Assembly: GCA_001792215.1 (NCBI GenBank)
Contig: MGGC01000033.1
Coordinates: forward strand, 2,527 to 66,526
DNA from: Candidatus Woesebacteria bacterium RIFCSPHIGHO2_01_FULL_38_10
GTDB taxonomy: Bacteria; Patescibacteriota; Microgenomatia; UBA8517
DNA length: 64,000 nucleotides
Direction of reading: 5' to 3'
Shown here: one piece after another, positions 9,835 to 19,772 of the stretch
Position numbering within the stretch: position 1 is the stretch's first letter
How the letters are laid out: each line of letters starts with the position of its first letter
Position numbers and translations under genes: made by a program
Notes under the pieces: generated by a model
Told to the model about the DNA's origin: nothing
The model's database searches: none
The model's input: the letters and a program-made list of their open reading frames with translations, nothing else

Positions 9835-10540
9835 TTCGTGTTCCGGGATTTAAACTATCAGAACTAACCATCGACTTACCCTCAGGTAAAACTGGTCCTG
9901 TCCAAAAATAAAGCTCTTTGGCAATTTCAGTCGGTAGGTTGACACAACCATGGCTTCGAGGAGTTCCAAAATTGCTATGCCAATAAGTTCCATGTAGTCC
10001 ATAACCCCGCCAGCCTGGAATATCTTCATTCTCAAAATACATTACATAAGGTACGTTGGGAAGATTGTAATAATTATTCCCAGATCCTCCCTCCATTCTT
10101 GTTGCTCTCAATTTAATCCAAATTCTAAACTCTCCAGCCGGTGTTTTCCACCAAGGAAGACCTGTTGAAACTAAACTTTGCAAAAAAAGTTTATCACCTT
10201 CCCAGGCATAGAGTTTTTGGTCAGAAAGGTCAACCTCAATCCAGCGCTCTTCGTTTGCAACTCCTAAAATGTCTATATTTTCATTATCGAAAGCAAGTTT
10301 GGGGATCGGAATCTGTCGACCTTCAAAATATGCTAGGGTCTTTGAATAATCAACCTCACCTGAAAAGTTGAAACAGTTACAACCAAAGCTAACAGCTTCG
10401 CCGTAGGTACCAACCCTGTCCACACTGAAAAGTGTAAAAATAAAAATAAAAATGGACGCGAGACAAAGGTATGATAAAAATATTTTCTCCTTTAAATCTT
10501 CAAGCATAGTATTTACGTGTAACATCAGTTTCAGCAACAA
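9818..10540 (-). CDS. L,D-transpeptidase (YkuD family)
   Basis: IEVDLSDQKL, GLHGTYWH...SHGCVNL; N-terminal membrane anchor. Confidence 0.93.
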   Translation of the reverse strand: MLLKLMLHVNTMLEDLKEKIFLSYLCLASIFIFIFTLFSVDRVGTYGEAVSFGCNCFNFSGEVDYSKTLAYFEGRQIPIPKLAFDNENIDILGVANEERWIEVDLSDQKLYAWEGDKLFLQSLVSTGLPWWKTPAGEFRIWIKLRATRMEGGSGNNYYNLPNVPYVMYFENEDIPGWRGYGLHGTYWHSNFGTPRSHGCVNLPTEIAKELYFWTGPVLPEGKSMVSSDSLNPGTRIVIHD

Positions 10541-10658
10541 TATCTGAAAGACCAGTTACATTTTAAAAAAAGATATACTTAAACACTCACTCTACAGTAC
10601 AGTTGATACTCCCGGTACTTTTTTAATTATAACTCACCCTGTTATACTTAAGTCCAGT

Positions 10659-11024
10659 ATGGGAATAGGACATCCTGTCAGAAAAAGTTTTGGCTATGCA
10701 TTTGAAGGAATCAAAACTGCTTTTAAAAATGAACCAAATCTGAAAATCCATTCTTTTTTTGCAATCGCAGCTCTCTTCCTAGGATTCATTCTTAAACTTG
10801 ACAAAATTGAATGGCTTATTTTGACCTTCACCATATTTTGGGTAATATCTTTGGAACTACTTAATACTGTTCTTGAAGCGCTTACCAATTTAGTGAGTCC
10901 AGAAATTAAGCCCTATGCCAAAACCGCAAAAGATGTTTCAGCAGCATCTGTTCTTTTAGCTGCCATTCTTTCAATAATTACCGGAATTGTCCTTTTTCTT
11001 CCCAAAATTATTCTTCTTTTGTGA
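10659..11024 (+). CDS. dgkA: diacylglycerol/undecaprenol kinase
   Basis: SFGYAFEGI, ELLNTVLE, AKDVSAA. Confidence 0.92.
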   Translation: MGIGHPVRKSFGYAFEGIKTAFKNEPNLKIHSFFAIAALFLGFILKLDKIEWLILTFTIFWVISLELLNTVLEALTNLVSPEIKPYAKTAKDVSAASVLLAAILSIITGIVLFLPKIILLL

Positions 11025-12213
11025 GGATATAAATTAAGTTTGCCTTATCATCAGAGATAAAAAGTACGCCATCTTTATCAAAGACTAAATCCACCGGCCG
11101 ACCTAAAACATCTTCCCCCTTGAGCCAACCAGTAATATAATCACTCATTCCGATAGTACTATCGTCTTGCATTTCCAACTTTACAATTTTATATCCCGTC
11201 GGAACGCTGCGATTCCACGAACCATGAAGCGCTGATAGTAAATCTCCTTGATCTTGCTTCGAAAAAAGGGGGGAATTAATGAATACCAGTCCAAGAGGCG
11301 CAACATGGGAAGGATAGTCAAAAGTGCTTAGAGTCTTTTCCAGAGCTTCGCAAACTGAGACCCTTGGAGGGTATAATTTTTTATCGAAGTCTTTGTCATG
11401 AACATTCTTTCCGTAGCAGTTTGGCCAACCATAATCTTTTCCCTCCTCTATAATATTCAGTTCATCAGGCGGTAAGTCATCGCCAAGAAAATCTCTACCC
11501 ATATCATTTCCCCACATTCTTCCTTTTTCATCAAATGTAAAAAAGACCGTATTTCTCAGACCTTCTGCATAAACTCTAAGATTTTTTCCATCAAGATCTG
11601 AAACAAGTACACTTGAACGGTGCCAGTCATTTTCTATACAAACATCACAAGATGATCCTACACTTGTATATAATTTGTCATCGAACACTTTTATTGTTCT
11701 GGTAAAATGTCTTCCGCCTGCAGGAAGGCTAAAAAGTATCTTTGGATCTTCCGCTTTTAAATCCTGGGTATTAAAGGTAAATTTAACAACTTTGTCTGTT
11801 TCAGCAACGAAAAAATTTTCACCGTGAAAGGTAATTCCATGGGGCTTGTTGAGTTTGTCGATAACCACAACAAATTCATCTACCATTCCATTCCTATCGC
11901 GATCAGGAAGGGCTAAGACCTTCCCCTCACTTGGGATTGAAACGACAATTATTCCGTTTGGATCGAAGGCAAGAACTCGGGGAGACCCAACATCTTTTAG
12001 ATTAGCAAAAACCGCTAATCTAAACCCTTGAGGTATGGATAGCTTTTTATCATAATCAAACCCCTGGGGAAGCTTACTGCCCTCTTTGGGAGGAAAATCT
12101 TTAGTTACCAAACTAGTATCTTGATCTAGATGATAAAGGTTTCTCAATAATGCATAAATTAACCCAAAAGAAATAAAAATAATAATCAAGATAATACCAA
12201 CTCTTTTTAACAT
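11008..12213 (-). CDS. PQQ-dependent sugar (glucose/sorbosone) dehydrogenase family
   Basis: SVGSSCDVC, GLRN, DYGWP, HVAPLGL, HGSWNR, GRPVD; signal anchor. Confidence 0.9.
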   Translation of the reverse strand: MLKRVGIILIIIFISFGLIYALLRNLYHLDQDTSLVTKDFPPKEGSKLPQGFDYDKKLSIPQGFRLAVFANLKDVGSPRVLAFDPNGIIVVSIPSEGKVLALPDRDRNGMVDEFVVVIDKLNKPHGITFHGENFFVAETDKVVKFTFNTQDLKAEDPKILFSLPAGGRHFTRTIKVFDDKLYTSVGSSCDVCIENDWHRSSVLVSDLDGKNLRVYAEGLRNTVFFTFDEKGRMWGNDMGRDFLGDDLPPDELNIIEEGKDYGWPNCYGKNVHDKDFDKKLYPPRVSVCEALEKTLSTFDYPSHVAPLGLVFINSPLFSKQDQGDLLSALHGSWNRSVPTGYKIVKLEMQDDSTIGMSDYITGWLKGEDVLGRPVDLVFDKDGVLFISDDKANLIYILTKEE

Positions 12214-12225
12214 TCGATTGTTTCA

Positions 12226-12936
12226 CTATCTATACTTACTAAAAACCAGAAAATCCTTCCAATTACTTTTATTTAGAGAATCTAGTTTTACTGAATCTCC
12301 AACTTTACACTCACCGATCTTTGTCCTTCTCAAATTTTTTAAATACGCACCACAGCCAAGTTTTCTTCCAATATCACGTCCCAATGCCCGAATATAAGTT
12401 CCAGAAGACACCTTACAATTAATTTTCAGAATCGGATAGTTATAAGAAACTAATTCAATTGAATAAATCGTAATTTTCCTTGGTCTTAGACTTAATCTGA
12501 CTCCTTTTCTTGCCAACTCGTAAGCTTTTCTTCCCTTAATTTTTATTGCGGAATACTCGGGAGGAATCTGTTCTTGCCTTCCGGAAAACAACCTCAAGGT
12601 GTTTCTCACTTCTTTTTCACTTGGAGGCAAAAACCCCTTGGCCTTCGAAATAACAACTCCTTCTGCATCGTCTGTGTCGGTTTCTGCCCCTAAAAAAATT
12701 TCTGCTTGGTAAGTTTTCATCGTCCCTTTCGAAATTACACCTAACTTTTTCGTTGCATCTCTCCCGACCCCGACAATTAAAAGCCCTGTTGCATTCGGAT
12801 CCAAGGTCCCGGCATGTCCAACCTTCGCCTCGCCGAAGCCTTTGTGCAAAGGCAGGTTATCCCTGACAATCTTTCTCACCCTGTCAACAACATCGTGTGA
12901 AGTAATTCCTTTGGGTTTGTCTATCAAAAGGAACAC
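12226..12936 (-). CDS. truB: tRNA pseudouridine(55) synthase
   Basis: DKPKGITSHDVV, VGHAGTLDP, SGTYIR. Confidence 0.97.
   Translation of the reverse strand: MFLLIDKPKGITSHDVVDRVRKIVRDNLPLHKGFGEAKVGHAGTLDPNATGLLIVGVGRDATKKLGVISKGTMKTYQAEIFLGAETDTDDAEGVVISKAKGFLPPSEKEVRNTLRLFSGRQEQIPPEYSAIKIKGRKAYELARKGVRLSLRPRKITIYSIELVSYNYPILKINCKVSSGTYIRALGRDIGRKLGCGAYLKNLRRTKIGECKVGDSVKLDSLNKSNWKDFLVFSKYR
12822..12858. repeat. GC-rich palindromic mini-element inserted in frame in truB
   Basis: CCTTCGCCTCGCCGAAGCCTTTGTGCAAAGGCAGG encoding extra NLPLHKGFGEA just before KVGHAG. Confidence 0.6.
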
Positions 12937-12989
12937 TGAATTATTATTGGTAAAAATTAACTTGAACTTAAAGTCTTGAGAAATATTAT

Positions 12990-13268
12990 CTATCTGCCAC
13001 CTAATCTGGCCAATTCCTCAATTATTTGCTCATCAGTCACGTCTTCTCCTGCAACTAATCGAGAAATTCCCTTTTTCCTCAGAGCTCGTTGAACACGATT
13101 AGATTTCCGACTGCAACTTACTTGCACAGGAAAACCGTCGATAGTCATATCTGTCTTTCCAGCGTAATCTGATTCGGGATCCCTCAAAACACTCGACCCC
13201 AATCTCAAAGCTAAATCTTCAACTCGCCCTTCCGCTTTTTTACCCTTCTTTCGTGCCTCTACTGTCAT
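12990..13268 (-). CDS. hypothetical protein, possible minimal PD-(D/E)xK-like fold
   Basis: G..AE..V helix then D...KTD..IDG..VQVS pattern; TAAAAT just upstream. Confidence 0.5.
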   Translation of the reverse strand: MTVEARKKGKKAEGRVEDLALRLGSSVLRDPESDYAGKTDMTIDGFPVQVSCSRKSNRVQRALRKKGISRLVAGEDVTDEQIIEELARLGGR

Positions 13269-13322
13269 AATTTCGGTATTTTACAACAAAAATAACATAA
13301 TCCATAGTTTTCTGACCAAAAC

Positions 13323-14009
13323 TCAGTTTTCAAAAACAATCAAGTCGGTTTTTGCACCGAGAAGGGAAAGGGACTTTTGAAGATCTTTTACCATCGTCTT
13401 CGGGCCGCAGATGTAAAAAAACCTAGCAAAATCATCGATATACTTCTTGAGAAAATCGGTATCAACTCTACCATATTCATAACCTCTAAGTTTCTCCCTA
13501 GTCAGAGTAAGAACAAGATCTCCATTATCGAACATGCTCTTAAACTCTTTCTCTAAAATAATATCGCGGGCTTTTTTGTTAGAAAAAATCAATTTATTCC
13601 CCTTGATTTTGCCGTCTTTTTTAAGCTGTCTTAAAATGGCAATAAATGGCGTAATTCCGGCACCACCAGCTATAAATACCCCGGGCCCTTGATAATTTAT
13701 CGTTCCCCAAGGATTATCAATTAAAAGCTCATCGCCCGGAAGAAGTTTATGAAGCTCTTCGGTCATTCCCCCATGATCCGGATGTCTATCAAGCACATAG
13801 CCTTTGATAATAAATTCCAAAACTAAATCTTCGTTTAATGAAGTAAAAGTAAAGGGATGTTTTTTTCCCTCCCAACCAGGTTTATTAACGGCAATCTCTG
13901 TTGCCTGCCCGGGAGTAAATTTATATCCTTCCGGTTTTTCAACGATAAATCGCTTTACATCGTGGGTCACAAAACTGGTCATTAAAATTTTAACTTTGTA
14001 ACTCGCCAT
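13323..14009 (-). CDS. FAD/NAD(P)-binding oxidoreductase (FNR-like)
   Basis: FTPGQ, HPFTFTS, IAGGAGITPF, YICGP. Confidence 0.92.
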   Translation of the reverse strand: MASYKVKILMTSFVTHDVKRFIVEKPEGYKFTPGQATEIAVNKPGWEGKKHPFTFTSLNEDLVLEFIIKGYVLDRHPDHGGMTEELHKLLPGDELLIDNPWGTINYQGPGVFIAGGAGITPFIAILRQLKKDGKIKGNKLIFSNKKARDIILEKEFKSMFDNGDLVLTLTREKLRGYEYGRVDTDFLKKYIDDFARFFYICGPKTMVKDLQKSLSLLGAKTDLIVFEN

Positions 14010-14019
14010 TTTAGTGATA

Positions 14020-14412
14020 CTAATATTCTTGTTCTTCTCCTTTTACAGCTTCCTCGCGGGTTTTGTGAACAGTTTTGTCTGGATGGTTTGGCGGGGAGTA
14101 AATTGTGTAAAGTTTTAGCTCTTTATCGGCAGATGTATTGATAATATTATGTTCACTCCCGGCCGGAACGATAATTGCAAAACCATCCCCTGCCTCTGAC
14201 ACCTCTTTGTCAATTATTACTTTTGCCAGTCCTGCCTCGATTCTGAAAAATTGATCTACATTGGGGTGAACTTCCGCTCCAATCTCCTCACCCGGTTTTA
14301 GACTCATAACAACCAGTTGTAAATATTTACCCGTAAAAAGGACTTTTCTAAAATTACTGTTTCCTAAAGTCGTTTTTTCTATACCATCAATATATCCCTT
14401 CATAATTTTCAC
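14020..14412 (-). CDS. cupin domain protein
   Basis: EIGAEVH...DQFF, VPAGSEHNI, LYTIYSPPNH. Confidence 0.9.
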   Translation of the reverse strand: MKIMKGYIDGIEKTTLGNSNFRKVLFTGKYLQLVVMSLKPGEEIGAEVHPNVDQFFRIEAGLAKVIIDKEVSEAGDGFAIIVPAGSEHNIINTSADKELKLYTIYSPPNHPDKTVHKTREEAVKGEEQEY

Positions 14413-14418
14413 CTCCCA

Positions 14419-15078
14419 TTAATATCTCAATATCCTAACTATAATCCTATTAAAAACAATAAAAATCAAGTCTATAAATATGGGTACTAGTAATATTTTA
14501 TCGGCTTTTTGAATCAAGTTAACCAATTCAGGATCACTTTTGAAGGATATACTCACTCCCAAAAAATAAAAAGCTCCCAATAAAAACAAAAATATAATTG
14601 CAATCTCCCACGCCCCGGACAGGTCACTCTTGCTCAGATACATCGTATTGGATATGGTAAATATTAAGTAGGTAGTTAAAGTTATGTAATAAGGGTTATT
14701 GCTGTGCCCTTGCGAGAGGAAAAGATAAATAAGTATGCTGATCAATCCAACTCCGAATATAAATGGTGCAATGCCGATTAAAAATCTCCTGAAAAAGTCG
14801 GACCTTGCTATAGAAACACTTCCTAGTTTTACATAACTTTTCTCAAACTCAGGAGTTAGCTTAAATTTTCCAACTGGGACGAACAAAAGTATTGCAGTAA
14901 TAAAGTGGGAGAGTTCATGAACAGCGGTTCCAGGTAAGAAAAGTAGCGAAGTAAGGTAGACCGTCAACTTCTTACTTTTAGTCAAGCGATAAAAAGACTC
15001 AGAAAATTTTCTATAAATATCTTTAGAAAGAAAATACAAAAAGACAATTTCAAATATGAATATTAAAAGATGGTACAT
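14419..15078 (-). CDS. membrane zinc metalloprotease-like protein (M50-like)
   Basis: PGTAVHELSH, multiple TM helices, LSKSD. Confidence 0.7.
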   Translation of the reverse strand: MYHLLIFIFEIVFLYFLSKDIYRKFSESFYRLTKSKKLTVYLTSLLFLPGTAVHELSHFITAILLFVPVGKFKLTPEFEKSYVKLGSVSIARSDFFRRFLIGIAPFIFGVGLISILIYLFLSQGHSNNPYYITLTTYLIFTISNTMYLSKSDLSGAWEIAIIFLFLLGAFYFLGVSISFKSDPELVNLIQKADKILLVPIFIDLIFIVFNRIIVRILRY

Positions 15079-15120
15079 TGCAATAACCGGCTTTAATACA
15101 TTATTCTAAATCTAAATCAA

Positions 15121-16332
15121 ATGAAACGGAAATTTCCCAAAATACAAAAATTAAAATTCTCCAAGACTGCTAAACTAACTGTTTCTTTTCTTTTTCTTGC
15201 GGCTTTTTTAACTTTTAGATTTTATGCCTTTGAATCAAAAAATAAACTCTCTCGGGTAAATCAAGAATTGTCGAACCTGCAAAAGGAGAAAGACGAGAAT
15301 ATTAAGAAATTAGAAAGTTTTGAAAAAGACTTGGAAAATCTTAAAAAAGAAGATCAGTATAAAAAAAATGTGGCTTTACAAGAAGAAATTGCAAACATTC
15401 AAAAAACTTATAAAGGTGCTGTATTGATTTACGAAGATTTGATTAAACTTAAAGAAAAGACTGATAAAACAAAACAATTTGATGAACTGTTTACAAAAAT
15501 ACTGGTTGATCTTTCCAGTCGTGATTTCCTGAAAGCCCAGGAAAAGATAAATAATTTAAGTCAAAACATTAAAGGCGAAGAAGCTAAACTTGCCGCCAGT
15601 TTCACAATTCCCCAAAGTGTCCCTGAAAATGATCTTGCGCCGGAGACTGGTTATAGCAGACAAAGGGTTTTGACTGACGCAGAAACTTTTATGGTAAGTA
15701 TTGTTGCTGGAGATTTGGGAACAACTAAAGTGGTTGTTGATACCGCATCAGACAGTGATTGCTTTGACAACTGTCCTACCCTACCTCTGGCAACTTATGT
15801 CTCAAGAAATGGTGCTTTTGCCGGAGTTAATGGAAGCTATTTTTGTCCAGCTGAGTATCCGTCCTGTGCTGGGAAAACAAACTCATTTGACCTTCTGGTT
15901 ATGAACAAAAACAAAACCTACTTCAATTCTGGAAACAATGTTTATAGCGGCAATCCCGCCGTCATCTTCGGGGGTAATTATATAAGATTTGTCGGAACTG
16001 TTTCAGAATGGGGAAGAGACACGGGTCCCAACGGGGTTTTATCCAATTTTCCCTTACTTCTTTCTGGGGAAAATATCAGTTTTGGCGGCGATGAAGATCC
16101 CAAAAAAGGCAGTAAAGGAGCAAGGTCTTTCGTTGCCAATAAAGGAAATACTATCTTTATAGGAGTAGTTCACAATGCGACCGTTGCCGAATCAGCCAGA
16201 GTTATGAAAGCTCTGGGAATGGAAAACGCTTTAAATTTAGATAACGGAGGATCAACTGCCTTATGGTACGGAGGTTATAAAGTCGGTCCTGGCAGAAATT
16301 TACCCAATGCAATCATTTTTATAAGAAAGTGA
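15121..16332 (+). CDS. phosphodiester glycosidase (NAGPA-like) protein with coiled-coil stalk
   Basis: TM + coiled coil; VNGSYF, ARS, ALNLDNGGST. Confidence 0.8.
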   Translation: MKRKFPKIQKLKFSKTAKLTVSFLFLAAFLTFRFYAFESKNKLSRVNQELSNLQKEKDENIKKLESFEKDLENLKKEDQYKKNVALQEEIANIQKTYKGAVLIYEDLIKLKEKTDKTKQFDELFTKILVDLSSRDFLKAQEKINNLSQNIKGEEAKLAASFTIPQSVPENDLAPETGYSRQRVLTDAETFMVSIVAGDLGTTKVVVDTASDSDCFDNCPTLPLATYVSRNGAFAGVNGSYFCPAEYPSCAGKTNSFDLLVMNKNKTYFNSGNNVYSGNPAVIFGGNYIRFVGTVSEWGRDTGPNGVLSNFPLLLSGENISFGGDEDPKKGSKGARSFVANKGNTIFIGVVHNATVAESARVMKALGMENALNLDNGGSTALWYGGYKVGPGRNLPNAIIFIRK

Positions 16333-16337
16333 TTTTT

Positions 16338-17693
16338 TTAGAGGCTTCTTAAAATTCCCCTGGCAGCCATAATTCCAGTAGCTGCGGCTCCTGTTATTGT
16401 TCCTGAAAGACCAGAAGCGTCGCCAGCGACATAGACGTTTTTCAGAGCCGTTTGCATATCGTAAGTGGTTAAAACAAACGACGAGCGGAATTTCACTTCA
16501 GGAGCATACAAAAGCGTTGATCCTGAGTTAACTCCGGGCATAACTACATCCAACTTTTCCAGACCTTCAATAATATTTGTCACCAACCGATGAGGTAAAG
16601 CCATTGAAATATCTCCTGGTGTAACTTTATTGGAGGGCAAGGATGCTCTTACTATTGACTTTGAAAGTCTTGACGGTGTACTTCGACGGCCTCTTCGTAA
16701 ATCAGTTAATCTTTGAATAATTGGCTTGCCACCTCCAATAGTTGACGCCAAACGAGCGATTGATTCTGCGTAAGCAATTGAATTTTCAACAGGTTCGGTT
16801 AAATTGACTTCACAAACAAAGGCAAAATTAGAATTTTCAGATTCATGGTTTGAGGTTGAATGACCATTAACACAAACATAGTCACCGTACTCTTCAATGG
16901 TCACCATACCGTTCGGACAAGAACAAAAAGTACGCATGATATCATCGTATGTTTTGGTCCTAACCTTAAGAACAATTTCGTATAAGCTATCAGCATACTT
17001 TCGCATAACTGATTTGGGAAACTCCACCCTGACCCCCACTTCAACCATCCCATATTGATATCTAATGCCAACCCTGTCAGCTAAATCTTGAAGCCATTTA
17101 GCCCCGATCCTTCCGGGAACAAGAAGAATCTTTTTGGCAAAGTATTTATTCTCCTTTTCATCGATAACACCTAAACACTTTTGATCCTTAATAATTAAAT
17201 CAACAATTTTGGTGTCCTCAATTAAATTTATCCCGTTTGTCAGCAGATAATTCTCAATAACTTTAATTATTTTTCTCAATCTATCCGTTCCAACATGCTG
17301 AGCACGACGAACAATAAGCTCAATATCATTTTTCTGGGCTTCTTCTACCAGCGCACTAACCTCATCGATATTCTTCGGATAATACTCACTGTCAACTCCA
17401 AAACCTGTAAACGCCTTATCAATTTCATCTAAAATTTTTTGGTAATTTTCCGGGTCTAGTAAATGAAACGTTCGCTCATGCGATAGTTTTGCAGTATAAA
17501 TAAGCTTCCCATCAGAGTAAGTGCCTGCCCCTCCGAATCCGCTCATTACCTCATTTTCTTTTCTTTTTTCCAACCTTGAACCCATGTCTATCAAAGCAGC
17601 ACTAAGCTTCCTTTTCGACTTGATAAACTCCAAACAAGCAAAAATTCCGGCAGGTCCGGCCCCCACAATAATGACGTCAAAACTTTTCTTCAT
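16338..17693 (-). CDS. FAD-dependent oxidoreductase
   Basis: IVGAGPAG, GGAGTYSDGK, RTFCSCPNG, YAPEVKF, AGDASG. Confidence 0.9.
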   Translation of the reverse strand: MKKSFDVIIVGAGPAGIFACLEFIKSKRKLSAALIDMGSRLEKRKENEVMSGFGGAGTYSDGKLIYTAKLSHERTFHLLDPENYQKILDEIDKAFTGFGVDSEYYPKNIDEVSALVEEAQKNDIELIVRRAQHVGTDRLRKIIKVIENYLLTNGINLIEDTKIVDLIIKDQKCLGVIDEKENKYFAKKILLVPGRIGAKWLQDLADRVGIRYQYGMVEVGVRVEFPKSVMRKYADSLYEIVLKVRTKTYDDIMRTFCSCPNGMVTIEEYGDYVCVNGHSTSNHESENSNFAFVCEVNLTEPVENSIAYAESIARLASTIGGGKPIIQRLTDLRRGRRSTPSRLSKSIVRASLPSNKVTPGDISMALPHRLVTNIIEGLEKLDVVMPGVNSGSTLLYAPEVKFRSSFVLTTYDMQTALKNVYVAGDASGLSGTITGAAATGIMAARGILRSL

Positions 17694-17744
17694 AACCAGT
17701 TCAATTATATGAAATAAAATTACAAATTCAAATTAGAGAGCTTA

Positions 17745-17853
17745 TGACGTCCTCCCCGCGCAGATAGCGCGGGGTTTACTTCTAAAAGAAGACAACATAT
17801 CAGGTTCGATTCATCCCCACCCTGAAAGGGCGGGGTTTTCCCGAAACTGATAT
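17745..17853 (+). mobile_element. non-autonomous two-hairpin mini-element (IS200/IS605-end-like MITE)
   Basis: CCCCGCGC-agata-GCGCGGGG and ATTCATCCCCACCCTGAAAGGGCGGGGTTTTC, the latter flanked by ATATCAG/CTGATAT; same scaffold as the recJ insert. Confidence 0.65.
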
Positions 17854-17863
17854 AATAAACCCC

Positions 17864-18472
17864 ATGTATGGTGAAGTATTTTTTGACGTCGAAACCAAAA
17901 AATTATTTAGCGATATAAAAGGAGATAACCCGGCAGACTTGGGAGTTTCTATTGTTTCTCTTTACACAAGAATATTAGATAATAGTTATCAGGAAGTTAA
18001 AGGAAAGTTACAAAGTTTTTGGGAACATGACTTTGATCGTATGTGGAAAATCTTTCAGGAGGCCGATCGCATCATAGGTTTTAACTCAATTGCCTTTGAT
18101 GTTCCGGCGCTTTCCCCATATTCCAATTTTTCTTTCAAAAAACTTCCTCATTTTGACATAATGGCAAAGGTCAAAGATATTTTCGGAAAAAGAATAAGTT
18201 TAGACGCAATTGCCAAAGAAACTTTGGATCGAGAAAAAAAAGAAACCGGACTTAAGGCTGTTTATTATTGGGAAAAAAAAGATAATGAAAGTTTAGAAAA
18301 GCTAAAAAAATACTGCGAGGATGATGTTTTAATAACTCGGGATATCTACGACTTCGTCCTGAAAAATGGACACCTTCTTTTTAAAGACAGGTGGAATACT
18401 TTAAGGAAGGTCAAGCTTGATTTTTTTTATCCAGAAAAGTCCTCGAAAGATACACAAATTGGCTTGTTTTGA
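17864..18472 (+). CDS. RNase H-like (DEDD) 3'-5' exonuclease domain protein
   Basis: FFDVET, IGFNSIAFD, YCEDDV. Confidence 0.85.
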   Translation: MYGEVFFDVETKKLFSDIKGDNPADLGVSIVSLYTRILDNSYQEVKGKLQSFWEHDFDRMWKIFQEADRIIGFNSIAFDVPALSPYSNFSFKKLPHFDIMAKVKDIFGKRISLDAIAKETLDREKKETGLKAVYYWEKKDNESLEKLKKYCEDDVLITRDIYDFVLKNGHLLFKDRWNTLRKVKLDFFYPEKSSKDTQIGLF

Positions 18473-18625
18473 AAGCCTGTTATAATTTTAAGCTTCACTG
18501 CAATCAACAGCCCAATCGGGTGCTTTACTGTTAACCACATTTAATACTGCTCCAACCACTTGTCTTTCGGTTGGAGATCACTCATGGCGAGATTGCAGAT
18601 GCTAAGGTCTTCGACCTTTAAGCTC

Positions 18626-18826
18626 TTATCTTATAAATTGATTTGTTACTTGTTCACAACCCTCTTTAAGTATTGGACAAGATAATGGCCTTGATCGTCT
18701 GTGATTGTCCTTTGATCTTGTGGCAAAACGCCCGGGATCGCAGACTGGTCCTTCATTAGTAATAATTCTGGCGGGACAATTATAGCAAACTTGATTCCAG
18801 ACTTTTTCCTGTTCAACCGCACCCAC
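18626..18826 (-). CDS. small Cys-rich hypothetical protein
   Basis: VWNQVCYNC...C...SCPI...C. Confidence 0.5.
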   Translation of the reverse strand: MGAVEQEKVWNQVCYNCPARIITNEGPVCDPGRFATRSKDNHRRSRPLSCPILKEGCEQVTNQFIR

Positions 18827-19176
18827 ATCTAACTATATGCATATCTCTAATTTCTAAATCAATCCTGTAATTAATTACTAAAACAGTGTTACACTGAAAA
18901 TTGACGCTCCAAAATTTCATATAATCGGGAGTAAACTATATACAAATAACTCTAGATCAGATTTTACCTTTTGCGTATAACAAGAAGCTAAAACTTAGAG
19001 CTACACTCCAGCGGAGGCAATTACAATCACCTCATTAATCAGTGTTATTGAAAAGCCCAGAACGACTAATCCGCCAACAAATAACCCACCTTTAATAAAT
19101 GGGTTTTCTTTTAATGTTTTTTATTCTTCCTGATAACACAACTTTAGGAACTAACTTCAAAATTAATTTTTTAGGG

Positions 19177-19470
19177 TCATTCAGAAACCAGAATCGCACC
19201 TTCAAAGTTTCTTGCAACTGGACAGCTTCCTGTACTTCTATCCGGATACACACATCCTCCCTTACCTGGCAGATTTTTTCTTAATTCACATATCTCGTCC
19301 TTCTTCGGTTTCATAAATTTTCCGTCAACATTATCATTAGTTCTGTCCTGCGTCCCGCTAGTTAATTCCTGCTCCCTTTTTATAACTCTATATTTACAAT
19401 GAGACATTCCAGCGCTTTTAAATTTTACACAAGTTTTGCAGACAGGCCAAATCACCTCCGAGGTTACCAA
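19177..19470 (-). CDS. small Cys-rich hypothetical protein
   Basis: IWPVCKTC...C...C...C...SCPV; TTG start preceded by GAGGTGA. Confidence 0.5.
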   Translation of the reverse strand: MVTSEVIWPVCKTCVKFKSAGMSHCKYRVIKREQELTSGTQDRTNDNVDGKFMKPKKDEICELRKNLPGKGGCVYPDRSTGSCPVARNFEGAILVSE

Positions 19471-19477
19471 CTGACTT

Positions 19478-19514
19478 CACCTCGGAGGAGTCCCTTCGGG
19501 CCACCGTCCGAGGT
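19478..19514. repeat. palindromic repeat (ACCTCGGA...TCCGAGGT type)
   Basis: CACCTCGGAGGAGTCCCTTCGGGCCACCGTCCGAGGT hairpin with inner CCC-TTC-GGG. Confidence 0.55.
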
Positions 19515-19698
19515 AGTTATTAAGGGAAGTACGAAACTTGTATTTTAGAGAAAAATTCTCCCGTCGGGCAGAAAATCTATTTCGTATAAAGTTCTAAGAT
19601 ATTTCATGCCCAAAATGCTTTACTTTGCAACTTTATAAGTAACATAGACATAAAATATGTTAAAATTAGCCTTACAATTGTTTTTTCTTTTATTATAT

Positions 19699-19772
19699 TG
19701 CCCGGTCGGCTAAAGGTAGGCCAGATGGCTCTGGACCATCTAATCCACGTTCGAATCGTGGCTGGGCAGCCA
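19699..19772 (+). tRNA. tRNA-Gln(CTG) with CCA; integration target
   Basis: TGCCCGG/CTGGGCA acceptor, GATGG-CTCTGGA-CCATC anticodon arm, CCACG-TTCGAAT-CGTGG T arm, GCCA end. Confidence 0.96.
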
